A stretch of 64,000 nucleotides of DNA from Oribacterium sp. UBA4274. GTDB lineage: Bacteria; Bacillota; Clostridia; Lachnospirales; Lachnospiraceae. Position 1 is the stretch's first letter; every line of letters starts with the position of its first letter. The position numbers and the translations under genes were made by a program. A model generated the notes under the pieces. It did not search any database and was not told the DNA's origin. It saw nothing but the letters and a program-made list of their open reading frames with translations. Shown one piece after another: positions 20,203-29,316 of the stretch. The stretch spans positions 9,148 to 73,147 of the forward strand of contig DGVW01000052.1 of the NCBI GenBank assembly GCA_002396005.1, in the 5' to 3' direction.

Positions 20203-22173
20203 ATGAATAGTAATGAAAAAAATCAGTTTCAACCATCTCAAACCAACTCCACAGAGCAGTCCGGCACACAAAACGGGGAAAGTTCAAACGGAGCCGGGAA
20301 ATCCTCCCCACTGCTCATCATACTTATACTATTGATACTTTCTATTGTGACCATATTTGGATATATGGTTTTTACCGCCATGCGCGAGGATGCCATTGAT
20401 GAGTCAATTGCCGCAGAGCAATTAAAAGCAGAAAGCGAAAGAGCCGGTCTCACCATTGACTCAGAGGGCAATGTCATAACTCAGGATTCTATCCTGACTG
20501 CAGAAACACTTCAGGTTTCAGACAATGTCTTTTTCTCAAAGCTCGCTAAAAGTGAACCTGTTTCCATACTGATAATCGGTGATGTTTTCGGGACAGGTGC
20601 CGGTGCTAAGGAAGGAACCAACTGGACTGAAGTTCTGGTTTCCAACATTATGGACACCTTTGGATCTATAGCCACCATCAACAACCTGTCTCTGCCTTCC
20701 GGCAATGACGCATACTCGGCTTATGTCACTCTTATGAATGAATCTGCCGGGAACCCATCTGCTCAGTACGACGCAGTTATCGTTTCACTTGGTTACTATG
20801 ACGATCCGTTCAAGTTTAACTTTCAGTATGAAGGTGTGCTGAGATCCATAACCGAAAGGTATCCATCTGCTGAGATCATCGGTCTCATTGAGTCTGCTTC
20901 CATAACAGCACCTGACGGATACTCGGATGAAACCGCAATTTATACAAGAAATCTACTTGAGCATTATGACGGTATCGTTGCCAACATGGGTGAGGCCTTT
21001 GCCGTGAACGGTGCTGATCCATCTGTCTTTACAGATGATGGTCTTCTACCTAATGGAAAAGGTCAGCTTCTTTATGCTGACTGGATCGTAAAGCAGATCA
21101 AAAACAAGATGTCGGGTAAAGGCAGCAACAAGAGTTCTGATGCGGAGAGCCCGTCAGAATTATCAAAAAACGGTTCTTTGGAACCTGTCAATCCTGATTC
21201 TGCAATGTATGATCATTACTACTACATCACAGCTAACAGTTTCCTGCGTCTGGATGACACAAACTATATCATCGGAGTTCGGGATCTCACAGCTCTTGGC
21301 GCCGAAACAGAGGGACTGATAGGACTCGATTATGATCTTGTACCGGGAGCCAATACCGCTCAGGTTGTAATCGATGGCAGCATCTTCGGCGCACTTACCG
21401 AAGATCATGATGGCTCCTCCACAGACAGACATATAACTGCAGTCAAGAACAATGCCATCATCACTGATCACATAGCTGTAAGCTTTGCTACCAAAGCAGA
21501 GGCGGATACATTCCACGGTCTCATCATCACAGGAAACCTCAATCTGTCACATGCTGCCGCAAAATACAAGAAGCTTCCTCTTCCACCTGAGACTCCTGCA
21601 GAAACTGCAGAGGAAACTACTGTAGAGGAAACAACTGTTGCGGAAACCACAGAGGAAACAGCCGTTCCAGAAACTGCCGAAACCACTATAGAGACTTCCG
21701 CAGAGGAAACTACTGTTGCAAAATCCGCAGAAACATCATCTGAAGTTTCCGCAGAGGAAACTACAGAAACCAGTGAAACAAAGAAGTCTTCTGATGGTAA
21801 TAAAAAGAAAGCCAAAAAAGCTGACAGCAGCAATTCCTCGACCAAAAAATCAGGCGCTTCTGAAGAAAAAGCAACTGTTGCAGAAACTACAGCATCTGCC
21901 GGAACTGCAGTTGCCGAAAGTCCAAAGGCACCTGTACCGGAAACAACCGCTTCCGGCAATGATGCCGCTGCATCGATTCCGGCCGAAACCACAGTACCGG
22001 AGACTGCCGCTCCAGAAACATCAGCAGAAACTCAGAACTATTTTGAGAGTGTGATCATAAGTGATCCGTCAAATTCTGCAGCTATATTTGAAACAACTGC
22101 ACCCTATACAGTAGAAGCCGGTCAGGGCATAGATATAAATCAATGGAACCTGACAGGTCCTACCACAGGATAA
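20203..22173 (+). CDS. membrane-anchored SGNH/GDSL-fold protein lacking catalytic residues, with a Glu/Thr/Ala-rich tail
   Basis: N-terminal TM; block I IIGDVFG, block III SLGYYD, block V DGLLPN..G; low-complexity C-terminus. Confidence 0.7.
   Translation: MNSNEKNQFQPSQTNSTEQSGTQNGESSNGAGKSSPLLIILILLILSIVTIFGYMVFTAMREDAIDESIAAEQLKAESERAGLTIDSEGNVITQDSILTAETLQVSDNVFFSKLAKSEPVSILIIGDVFGTGAGAKEGTNWTEVLVSNIMDTFGSIATINNLSLPSGNDAYSAYVTLMNESAGNPSAQYDAVIVSLGYYDDPFKFNFQYEGVLRSITERYPSAEIIGLIESASITAPDGYSDETAIYTRNLLEHYDGIVANMGEAFAVNGADPSVFTDDGLLPNGKGQLLYADWIVKQIKNKMSGKGSNKSSDAESPSELSKNGSLEPVNPDSAMYDHYYYITANSFLRLDDTNYIIGVRDLTALGAETEGLIGLDYDLVPGANTAQVVIDGSIFGALTEDHDGSSTDRHITAVKNNAIITDHIAVSFATKAEADTFHGLIITGNLNLSHAAAKYKKLPLPPETPAETAEETTVEETTVAETTEETAVPETAETTIETSAEETTVAKSAETSSEVSAEETTETSETKKSSDGNKKKAKKADSSNSSTKKSGASEEKATVAETTASAGTAVAESPKAPVPETTASGNDAAASIPAETTVPETAAPETSAETQNYFESVIISDPSNSAAIFETTAPYTVEAGQGIDINQWNLTGPTTG
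21590..22035 (+). repeat. coding low-complexity repeats (ET-rich linker)
   Basis: Many GAAAC(T/C/A) units, e.g. GCAGAGGAAACTAC three times, encoding AEETT-like repeats. Confidence 0.7.
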
Positions 22174-22200
22174 CCGAATTAAGAATACAAATAACACTTC

Positions 22201-22240
22201 GCCGAAAGCACTCCCGTTAAATGGATGCTTTCGGCTTTTT
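22201..22240 (+). terminator. intrinsic terminator
   Basis: GCCGAAAGCA...TGCTTTCGGC followed by TTTTT. Confidence 0.85.
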
Positions 22241-22387
22241 AATGTATACTGCCGACTTGTTGCCTCATCTTAACTAATGCAGACAAAATTCAAAGATTCT
22301 TAATTGATTTTTATATACATTAAAAGTATCATTAAATGATGTATTTATTTTTACATTCAGTTAATCAATTATTCTAAGGAGATAATC

Positions 22388-24151
22388 ATGGATTTTAAAA
22401 CATTCTTCGAACAGAATAAAAAAGCCTGCGTTGGCGGACTTGCCGGCGTGACTGTTGTTCTGTTGGGAGTTGCCGCAATCACAGGACACAACTCCGGCAC
22501 TACTGTTGAAACTACTGCAGATGCCTCAACGACAGCAGAGACATCGGCCTCTGTTGCAACTACCGCCGTGGATTTCTATTCAAAGTTATCTGCAGGTGAG
22601 CCTGTATCTCTTCTTATCATCGGCGACGGATTTTCTTCCGGAAACAACCTTGATGATTATTCCAAAGCCTGGGCTGAGCTTATCTCAACCAAGCTCCATG
22701 AAGAGTTTTCTTCTGAAGTCACTATAGACAATTACGCTCTTCCATCCAGCAATACAGCTTATTCCGGTTATGTAATCGCAAACGAGCTTCCTGACGGCAG
22801 CGAGTACGATGCTGTGATCCTAAGCTTCGGTAATTACGATACACCGGATAACTTCGGTACATTCTATGAGGGCATGGTGAGAGCTCTTGTCAATAAGTGT
22901 CCAGGCATTTCGATCATTTCACTGATTGAGCCGTCATCCGTAACAAATCCTGATGGATATTCTGATGACAACGCTTCTGCAATCCAGAGCATCACAGACA
23001 ATTACAACGGCATCACCGTTGATATCGCAAAGCTCATGCAGGACAATGGCTCAGATGTTTCGGCCACCGCAGCATCCGATATGATCAATCAGAATGAAGA
23101 AGGTAATGCTGCTACTGCAGATATAATTCTGTCATCCATTAAAACGGCAGTTAATGACAACATCGGACACTCAGATTCCAATATCGATTCCATAAACGAT
23201 ATATCTGCTCTTGATGATTATGCATACATTCCTGTTGCTGATTTTGCCAAAGTTGATGACACAACATTTGCCATCCCTGCAGATTACATCACAGACGTAG
23301 ATGGAAATGTGATTTCCGGACTTCTCGGAATCGACTACAACTATCTTCCGGGCTCAAATGATGTATACGTTACTTCAGACGGTACACCTTTCGGACGTCA
23401 TACCGTTGAGTTTGACGGCACTGAATCAGAACAGCACATAGTTCTTATCAATGATAATTTTGAACCGACCGATCACGTTACCATATCATTTGCTTCTGCT
23501 GATGAGGCTAACTCCTTTGCAGGAATGATCGTCACAGGCAATGTTGAGCTCCCGGCTTCCTATGATACTTTTGAGCCAAAGGAAATCACCGAGCCGACTA
23601 CTGAAACCTTACTCACTCTGCTTGGCGAAGATACTGATGAAGATATTGTATCAGAAGGAGGTCCGGGCTCCGAAAGCGATGACACTTCCGCAGACGTCCC
23701 TGCCGACGGTGATACAAAGTATGTAGACGGTGTTCTGTATGAGTACTATCAGGGTGACTGGTATGAAGTAATAAATGATGATACAGGAAATCCTGATATG
23801 GGTGTTAAGTCCCAGGTTGTTGCTACACGTTCTGCAAACGAGGTCATAACCAACAAAGAATCTGTCCATTCATCCGAAAATCAGGCAGCCGATGTCACTG
23901 AAGCAGCTGTTTCCACAGAGGGCTCCATTGAAGCCGGAACTGAAGCTGCAAGCGAAACAGCTGTTGAATCAACTGCCGTATCAAAGGAAGCTGCAACAGA
24001 GGCTGAAACTACTGCTCCGGAGGCGACCGAGTCCGGCAGCGACTCCGGTTTCGTCAATCCGGGAGAGGCTCAGGCTGCAGCAGGAAATTACTCAATCAAT
24101 GAAACAGATGCCAACGGAAATGTTGTGGGCAGTGTCGTTGAAACATACTGA
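22388..24151 (+). CDS. paralogous membrane-anchored SGNH-fold protein lacking catalytic residues, very acidic
   Basis: Collinear with the upstream gene (FYSKL..GEPVS.LIIGDG, YDAVI.S.G.YD, PDGYSD, GLLGIDY..LPG.N, SFA...EA..F.G.I.TGN); AAGGAG RBS. Confidence 0.7.
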   Translation: MDFKTFFEQNKKACVGGLAGVTVVLLGVAAITGHNSGTTVETTADASTTAETSASVATTAVDFYSKLSAGEPVSLLIIGDGFSSGNNLDDYSKAWAELISTKLHEEFSSEVTIDNYALPSSNTAYSGYVIANELPDGSEYDAVILSFGNYDTPDNFGTFYEGMVRALVNKCPGISIISLIEPSSVTNPDGYSDDNASAIQSITDNYNGITVDIAKLMQDNGSDVSATAASDMINQNEEGNAATADIILSSIKTAVNDNIGHSDSNIDSINDISALDDYAYIPVADFAKVDDTTFAIPADYITDVDGNVISGLLGIDYNYLPGSNDVYVTSDGTPFGRHTVEFDGTESEQHIVLINDNFEPTDHVTISFASADEANSFAGMIVTGNVELPASYDTFEPKEITEPTTETLLTLLGEDTDEDIVSEGGPGSESDDTSADVPADGDTKYVDGVLYEYYQGDWYEVINDDTGNPDMGVKSQVVATRSANEVITNKESVHSSENQAADVTEAAVSTEGSIEAGTEAASETAVESTAVSKEAATEAETTAPEATESGSDSGFVNPGEAQAAAGNYSINETDANGNVVGSVVETY

Positions 24152-24195
24152 TAATTAGTTTCCGCTAATCCAAGACAAACAACAATACAGCATAA

Positions 24196-24231
24196 TAAAA
24201 ACGCAGGTGGTTTTATCCATCTGCGTTTTTA
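24196..24231. terminator. bidirectional terminator
   Basis: TAAAAACGCAGGTGG-TTTTAT-CCATCTGCGTTTTTA between convergent genes. Confidence 0.85.
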
Positions 24232-24248
24232 TATAATTTGCTTTATTA

Positions 24249-25919
24249 TCAAACTGCCTTCTTATCGAAGTCTTTATTTTTAGCTTCACAAAGTGAAAAT
24301 GCTATATTAACAGCATGATCTCCGACTCTCTCGATGCCGGAAACGATATCCGAGAAGAACACGCCTGCACGGACTGAACATTCGCCGTCACTTACACGCT
24401 GCACATGGTTGTCCTGAAGCTTTATCTCCATATCATCAGTCTGATTCTCAAGATCACGTATCTCGTTAATGTTTGTCATATCTCCTGTTATGAACATATC
24501 AAGAGACTCTTTCATGAGCTTGTTTACAACCTCCATCATGCCCCGAAGATCTGCTTTGGCAGCTTCTGAAAGGTGAACATCCTTCTCCTTAAAGTACTTC
24601 ACCACATCAGCGATATCTTCTGCATGATCACCGATTCTTTCCATATCAGAACATACATGGAAGTATCCGGCGAGGAGATCCGCATCTCTGAGAGGGATCG
24701 CGTTCTGGTTGATTTTTGTCATATATGTGGTTATCTGCTCGCAGAGCCAGTCAATGTACTTCTCGGTTTCATATACCTTCTCTATACCGTCCCTATCTTC
24801 TTCCATAAGGCATTTAAAAGCACGGTTCAGATTGATGAAAGCCGCATTTCCCATGCGCTCCATCTCCTGCTGTGCCATGTATAAGGCAACCGCCGGATTA
24901 GGAAGCTTGCTCAGATTGATATATCTCAGGCGGAACTCTCCATCATCACCTGTACTCTGAGCATCAGTATCCTTGACAAGTACATATGTCAGATTGATGA
25001 TCTGATCCATAAACGGATAGAACACGATAACCTGAAATACCTTAAATATAAAGTGTGCAAATGCTATATTTCGTCCAAGAGAACCCGGGTCATCTCCTGA
25101 TCCTGAAACGGTTCTTATGATGCCCTCTATAGGTCCCGCAAAAAGCATGAGCAATACAAACATGAGAACAGTTCCAAATACATTGAACAAAAGATGTATA
25201 AGTGCTGCACGTTTTGCATTGTTACCGCCCTGTAAAGCTGTAAGAACCGCACTTGAACATGCACCGATATTACAGCCAAGGATGATAAACATACATATCC
25301 TGAGATCCACAAGGCCCATGGAGCCCATAACTACGAGTATAGATACAGTAACCGAGGATGACTGTACGATAGATGTGATCACAAAGCCCATGAGCACACC
25401 AAGTACAGGATTGGTAAAACTTGAAAGGAATGTTATGACCGCCGGAATCTCTCTGAGTTCCGCCATGGAACCGGACATGGTAGAGATACCGACAAAGAGA
25501 AGACCAAATCCCATTACGATCTCGCCTGATTTCTTGACAGTCGGATTTGGTATGAAGTTCATCATGATAGCACCGAAAAATACAAAAACAGGAGCTATCG
25601 CTGATAGTCTGAATGCAACGAGTAACGCCGTTACTGTTGTACCGATATTGGCACCAAGGATGATGCCGCAGGCATTGGACAAGGCCATAAGCCCCGAGTT
25701 AACAAAAGTTACCACCATTACAGTCGCCGTACTGGAGGACTGTATAACAGCAGTAAAGAACAGACCGACCAGAACACCCGTAAGTCTCGTTCTGGTAAAT
25801 GTCTCCAGTATCTTTCTGAGCTTGTTACCGGCTACCTTTTCGATACCGTGGCTCATCATATACATACCGGCAATGAAGAGGCCTAATCCTCCCAACAGAG
25901 TTACAAAAATCGTAATCAT
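24249..25919 (-). CDS. Na+/phosphate cotransporter (NptA/YjbB family) with PhoU-like C-terminal domains
   Basis: Two QSSS repeats, GANIGTT and GCNIG motifs, two ERIGDHA/ERVGDHA PhoU motifs. Confidence 0.93.
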   Translation of the reverse strand: MITIFVTLLGGLGLFIAGMYMMSHGIEKVAGNKLRKILETFTRTRLTGVLVGLFFTAVIQSSSTATVMVVTFVNSGLMALSNACGIILGANIGTTVTALLVAFRLSAIAPVFVFFGAIMMNFIPNPTVKKSGEIVMGFGLLFVGISTMSGSMAELREIPAVITFLSSFTNPVLGVLMGFVITSIVQSSSVTVSILVVMGSMGLVDLRICMFIILGCNIGACSSAVLTALQGGNNAKRAALIHLLFNVFGTVLMFVLLMLFAGPIEGIIRTVSGSGDDPGSLGRNIAFAHFIFKVFQVIVFYPFMDQIINLTYVLVKDTDAQSTGDDGEFRLRYINLSKLPNPAVALYMAQQEMERMGNAAFINLNRAFKCLMEEDRDGIEKVYETEKYIDWLCEQITTYMTKINQNAIPLRDADLLAGYFHVCSDMERIGDHAEDIADVVKYFKEKDVHLSEAAKADLRGMMEVVNKLMKESLDMFITGDMTNINEIRDLENQTDDMEIKLQDNHVQRVSDGECSVRAGVFFSDIVSGIERVGDHAVNIAFSLCEAKNKDFDKKAV

Positions 25920-26112
25920 GTGTCTCTCCCTAATTTTCGTTTTGTATAATCATCTATAAAAGTCATACAGATTTAAGTATATATCACTACGTTTTTTTTA
26001 AATAGTGGGATTTTAAAGAATGCTGTACAAAATTTATACTTTTTTGAAACTACATATGGTAATTTCCTACAAAACAATGTAATTTGAGACTCTATATCCA
26101 CACATCATCCTG

Positions 26113-26631
26113 TCATACTATCCTCTCAGAGGTCGTCTGTTTTTCTTTATATCCCACCAGCGTCATCATAGCTATGATCAGAAGTACAGCCCCTACTATG
26201 AGGTAGCATTTGCTGTATACACTGGTGGTGCCATAGATATCCAGCACCCCTCTGAATATTGAACCGACAGTTAGTGTAGCTACTCCCGTGTTCCATAGAT
26301 TGATAGTCACATGTGGCGGAAAATCCTGTTTTTCCATAGCCTTACTGCTGGTCGCTATGATCATCCATGGAAGTCCCCCCAGAACCAGTGGGCAGAGAAA
26401 AGCATATATCATATAATATGAATAAACTCCAAAGCTAAAGTACTCATATATGGCTCCAAAGGCGGCTGCACATATGGCAGCAGTCACATATCCCCACAGA
26501 TTACTCATTGCCACCCTTCGGTTTTTTAATTTTACAGATGCATTACCACACTGAGTTGGCTCGCTGTTATATGACAAAGTGTATTCTCCCTTATCTATTT
26601 CATTTTTTCGATCAATAACATTACAAATCAT
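26113..26631 (-). CDS. hypothetical membrane protein (about 4 TM)
   Basis: Hydrophobic segments with YEYFSFGVYS and G.ATLTVGS...G...IYGT; follows the NAGPA gene; start uncertain. Confidence 0.7.
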   Translation of the reverse strand: MICNVIDRKNEIDKGEYTLSYNSEPTQCGNASVKLKNRRVAMSNLWGYVTAAICAAAFGAIYEYFSFGVYSYYMIYAFLCPLVLGGLPWMIIATSSKAMEKQDFPPHVTINLWNTGVATLTVGSIFRGVLDIYGTTSVYSKCYLIVGAVLLIIAMMTLVGYKEKQTTSERIV

Positions 26632-26694
26632 TTTTCTTTCTCCTATCTATATGCCTAAGATGCACAATATACGAAACGGGCATCAGCTAAGTCA

Positions 26695-27984
26695 TCACTT
26701 TCCGATATAAATGATGTCGCTGACTGACCTTTCCTTGATGCTGTTTCCTCCTGTAGTCGGATTGTTGACCACCTGACCGTTGAAGTACATGGTACTGGAA
26801 CCGCCGCCGTCCAGATTGTAGGCTGTGGTGCAGCCAAGGCTCTGCATGAACTCTGCGAGCTGGTACAACGTAAGCCCCTCAGATTCATCTGTTCTTCCAT
26901 CCGTCACTACCCATACATAGTGACCATCCTCAAGGATTCCTATAGCTGTTCTCGGATTGGAGGCCATTGCCTTTCCTACCTCTTCGTCCTCAGTGACCGC
27001 GATCTCACCCTCCTCTACAAGTCCCGGCCCAAAGCTTAAAACATCCACTGCTCCGGCATTTAGCACTTCTTCTGCACTGAGATCGTTTTCCGAGAATATC
27101 TCAAAGGTTCCGTCAGCGAGTATGGCCAGGTCTTCGTTTCCTGAGGATTCAGATCTGTACAGTACACCGTTTCTTATAACATAGCCGGAATTCTGGGCAC
27201 CGTAGAAATCGCCGTTTATAGCCAGAATCGCGTCATTGGCTGCTGCAGTCTCTGATGTTGCAGCTTTGACATTCTTACCGTAGGTATCTTCTGCAAATGC
27301 TGTCTTTATCAGGTCAGATGCGGAAAAAGCTGTTTCGTCTTCTTCCGTTGCGTCACCTGTAAGCTGCACATCCGCTACATATATCGAAGTATCAGCGGCT
27401 CTGTATTCACTTAGAGTTATTGTCTTTACGCTGTCTTCATAACTTCCGATAATAGTATCGGAGCTGACTGTTTCAATAGTTGTAGTTTCCGGTTCTGAAG
27501 CTGTATTCGTTTCTGAGTCATTCCCCTCAACAGCTTTTGACGTTTCACTTTGACTTCCGGATGCTTTACCTCTCTCTCTGGATGCAGAGCTCTGCCCCGG
27601 TTTACCGCGGCCACCATGACCGGAAGAACCGTCTCCCGATTTTCCTGATGGGTTTCCGGCGGTTTTTTGAGATGAGCTGTCTTGATTTTCCGTCACCGAT
27701 ATATCATCTGTAGTTCCATCATCTTCTGAACCGTTTGTCATTTCATCTGATATTTTACTGTCGGACGAAGATTCATCACTTCCTTTTGCGGTTTCAAAGA
27801 CACTTCTATCTATCGTTATCGTACCGCTTTCGGCATTTGCCGCTGCCTCAGCCTTTGTCACGACGCCACTGTAGGAACGGGGAATGACAAATGCGTCCAA
27901 AAGTGCATACGCTGTAAAAGCTGTCAAACCAAGTGTATATGCAATACTGAATTTCTTTCCTTTGAATATATCGTTTTTCATCAT
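26695..27984 (-). CDS. phosphodiester glycosidase (NAGPA/EpsL-like) family protein, membrane-anchored
   Basis: AINGDFY, GYVIRNG, SFGP.LV, NPRTAIG, DGR, YNLDGGGSS. Confidence 0.9.
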   Translation of the reverse strand: MMKNDIFKGKKFSIAYTLGLTAFTAYALLDAFVIPRSYSGVVTKAEAAANAESGTITIDRSVFETAKGSDESSSDSKISDEMTNGSEDDGTTDDISVTENQDSSSQKTAGNPSGKSGDGSSGHGGRGKPGQSSASRERGKASGSQSETSKAVEGNDSETNTASEPETTTIETVSSDTIIGSYEDSVKTITLSEYRAADTSIYVADVQLTGDATEEDETAFSASDLIKTAFAEDTYGKNVKAATSETAAANDAILAINGDFYGAQNSGYVIRNGVLYRSESSGNEDLAILADGTFEIFSENDLSAEEVLNAGAVDVLSFGPGLVEEGEIAVTEDEEVGKAMASNPRTAIGILEDGHYVWVVTDGRTDESEGLTLYQLAEFMQSLGCTTAYNLDGGGSSTMYFNGQVVNNPTTGGNSIKERSVSDIIYIGK

Positions 27985-27985
27985 C

Positions 27986-29176
27986 TTATCCCTTATGCAA
28001 TGCTGTAAAATTTAATTGTTCCGGCATCGAATCCACGGTGTATACATTTCCGGAGCTTTTCTTTTCTCTGAAAACAAAGTATTTTTGTAACAGAAAGTTG
28101 ACTATAAACATGACACATTCTGTCATAACCTTTGCTCTCATTGTTGGAATTCCGGCTTTTTCCGAAAGCACATACAATACTGTTGTATTGAGAAGCAATA
28201 TCAGAACCGCAAGACATGCGTATTTTGCCCCGGAGCCTTCAATTCCCGCTTTCCTTGTTTTTTCTTTTCTGCAGTATTCGTCATCGTTTCCTGCAAAAAC
28301 AAAATTTCTGTTAATGCTGTAGTTCGCTGTGGCGCTGATGAAACGGGCAAAGACATTGGCAAAAAGGGTAACTCCGGAGGATGGACCGAACAGTCCGACG
28401 ATGCATCCGAAAACGCCGTAATCTATCAGGAAACTTGCAAAACTTGAAGCACTGAACTTAAAGAGTTCACGATATATCCTGAAGGAATCTTTGATGGCAT
28501 TGAAATGGCTGCCTGAGTTGTTGTCGATATAGATGGTTTCGATAGGAAGCTCTGTGATCTTGATATGCTCTTTGGCAAAATCCATAAGCATGTTCATCTC
28601 ATACTCATACCTATCACCGGATATCTCCAGCATTCTTCCCATGAGTTCATCTGAAAAGGCTCTCAACCCCGTCTGTGTATCATATACTCTGACGCCTGAC
28701 ATCATGCTGAAAAGATTTCTGGTGATACCGTTTCCTATACGGCTGCGAAGCGGTGAACCCGCTCCCTGTTTACGACTTCCGAGTACCAGTGTATCTCTGT
28801 GCACTGCAGCATAATCCGTAAGTCTTACTGCATCAGATACCTTATGCTGTCCGTCTGAATCGATAACCACCACCGTGTAATTGTCTTCATAAGTTTTTGT
28901 TATGTAGCTGAATGCCGTTTTCATAGCATAGCCTTTTCCCTTGTTCTCCGGATACCTTATTACGTGAGCGAAGAACTTGGTGTCTTCAAATATCTTACGG
29001 AAAATCTCCGGCGATACCGAACCTGCTTTAACCGCTTTTCCGTTTTCCGATCCGTCATCCACTACCACAACCTGAAATCCGGCAGCCGCAGCTTCTGAAG
29101 CAACATCAATAAGTTTTTCATCCGGTTCATATGCGGGTATAACCGCTATCCTGTTTTTGGTTTTATCTCTATACAT
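27986..29176 (-). CDS. GT2 glycosyltransferase fused to a GtrA-like membrane domain
   Basis: IPAYEP, VVDDGS, NKGKG.A, DSDGQH, DTQTGLR; C-terminal 4 TM GtrA-like (SF.ID, NY..NR.FVF). Confidence 0.88.
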   Translation of the reverse strand: MYRDKTKNRIAVIPAYEPDEKLIDVASEAAAAGFQVVVVDDGSENGKAVKAGSVSPEIFRKIFEDTKFFAHVIRYPENKGKGYAMKTAFSYITKTYEDNYTVVVIDSDGQHKVSDAVRLTDYAAVHRDTLVLGSRKQGAGSPLRSRIGNGITRNLFSMMSGVRVYDTQTGLRAFSDELMGRMLEISGDRYEYEMNMLMDFAKEHIKITELPIETIYIDNNSGSHFNAIKDSFRIYRELFKFSASSFASFLIDYGVFGCIVGLFGPSSGVTLFANVFARFISATANYSINRNFVFAGNDDEYCRKEKTRKAGIEGSGAKYACLAVLILLLNTTVLYVLSEKAGIPTMRAKVMTECVMFIVNFLLQKYFVFREKKSSGNVYTVDSMPEQLNFTALHKG

Positions 29177-29224
29177 GATTTATTCTCCTGTAAAAATCCA
29201 ATATTTAACTTCCTGTATGGCTGT

Positions 29225-29257
29225 ATATTATGCTTTAAAGCTTAAATGATGCTGAAG
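29225..29257 (-). promoter_or_regulatory. promoter with tandem direct repeat (candidate OmpR/PhoB-family box)
   Basis: Minus strand CTTCAG-CATCA-TTTAAG-10 nt-TAATAT. Confidence 0.55.
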
Positions 29258-29279
29258 AAAAAAATTTTTACATGAGAAC

Positions 29280-29306
29280 AAAAAACAGCAGGCACAAGGC
29301 CTGCTG
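29280..29306 (-). terminator. intrinsic terminator after the VTC operon
   Basis: CAGCAGGC-loop-GCCTGCTG followed by a T tract on the minus strand. Confidence 0.8.
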
Positions 29307-29316
29307 CCAACACATA

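Noticed and set aside
21590-22035. Short repeats as a possible CRISPR array or VNTR
   Set aside because: In-frame, irregular and encoding an ET-rich linker; no constant repeat-spacer period. No CRISPR array was seen anywhere in the window
25117-25959. 280-aa plus-strand ORF
   Set aside because: Antisense to the Na/Pi cotransporter; typical mirror-frame artefact of a hydrophobic gene
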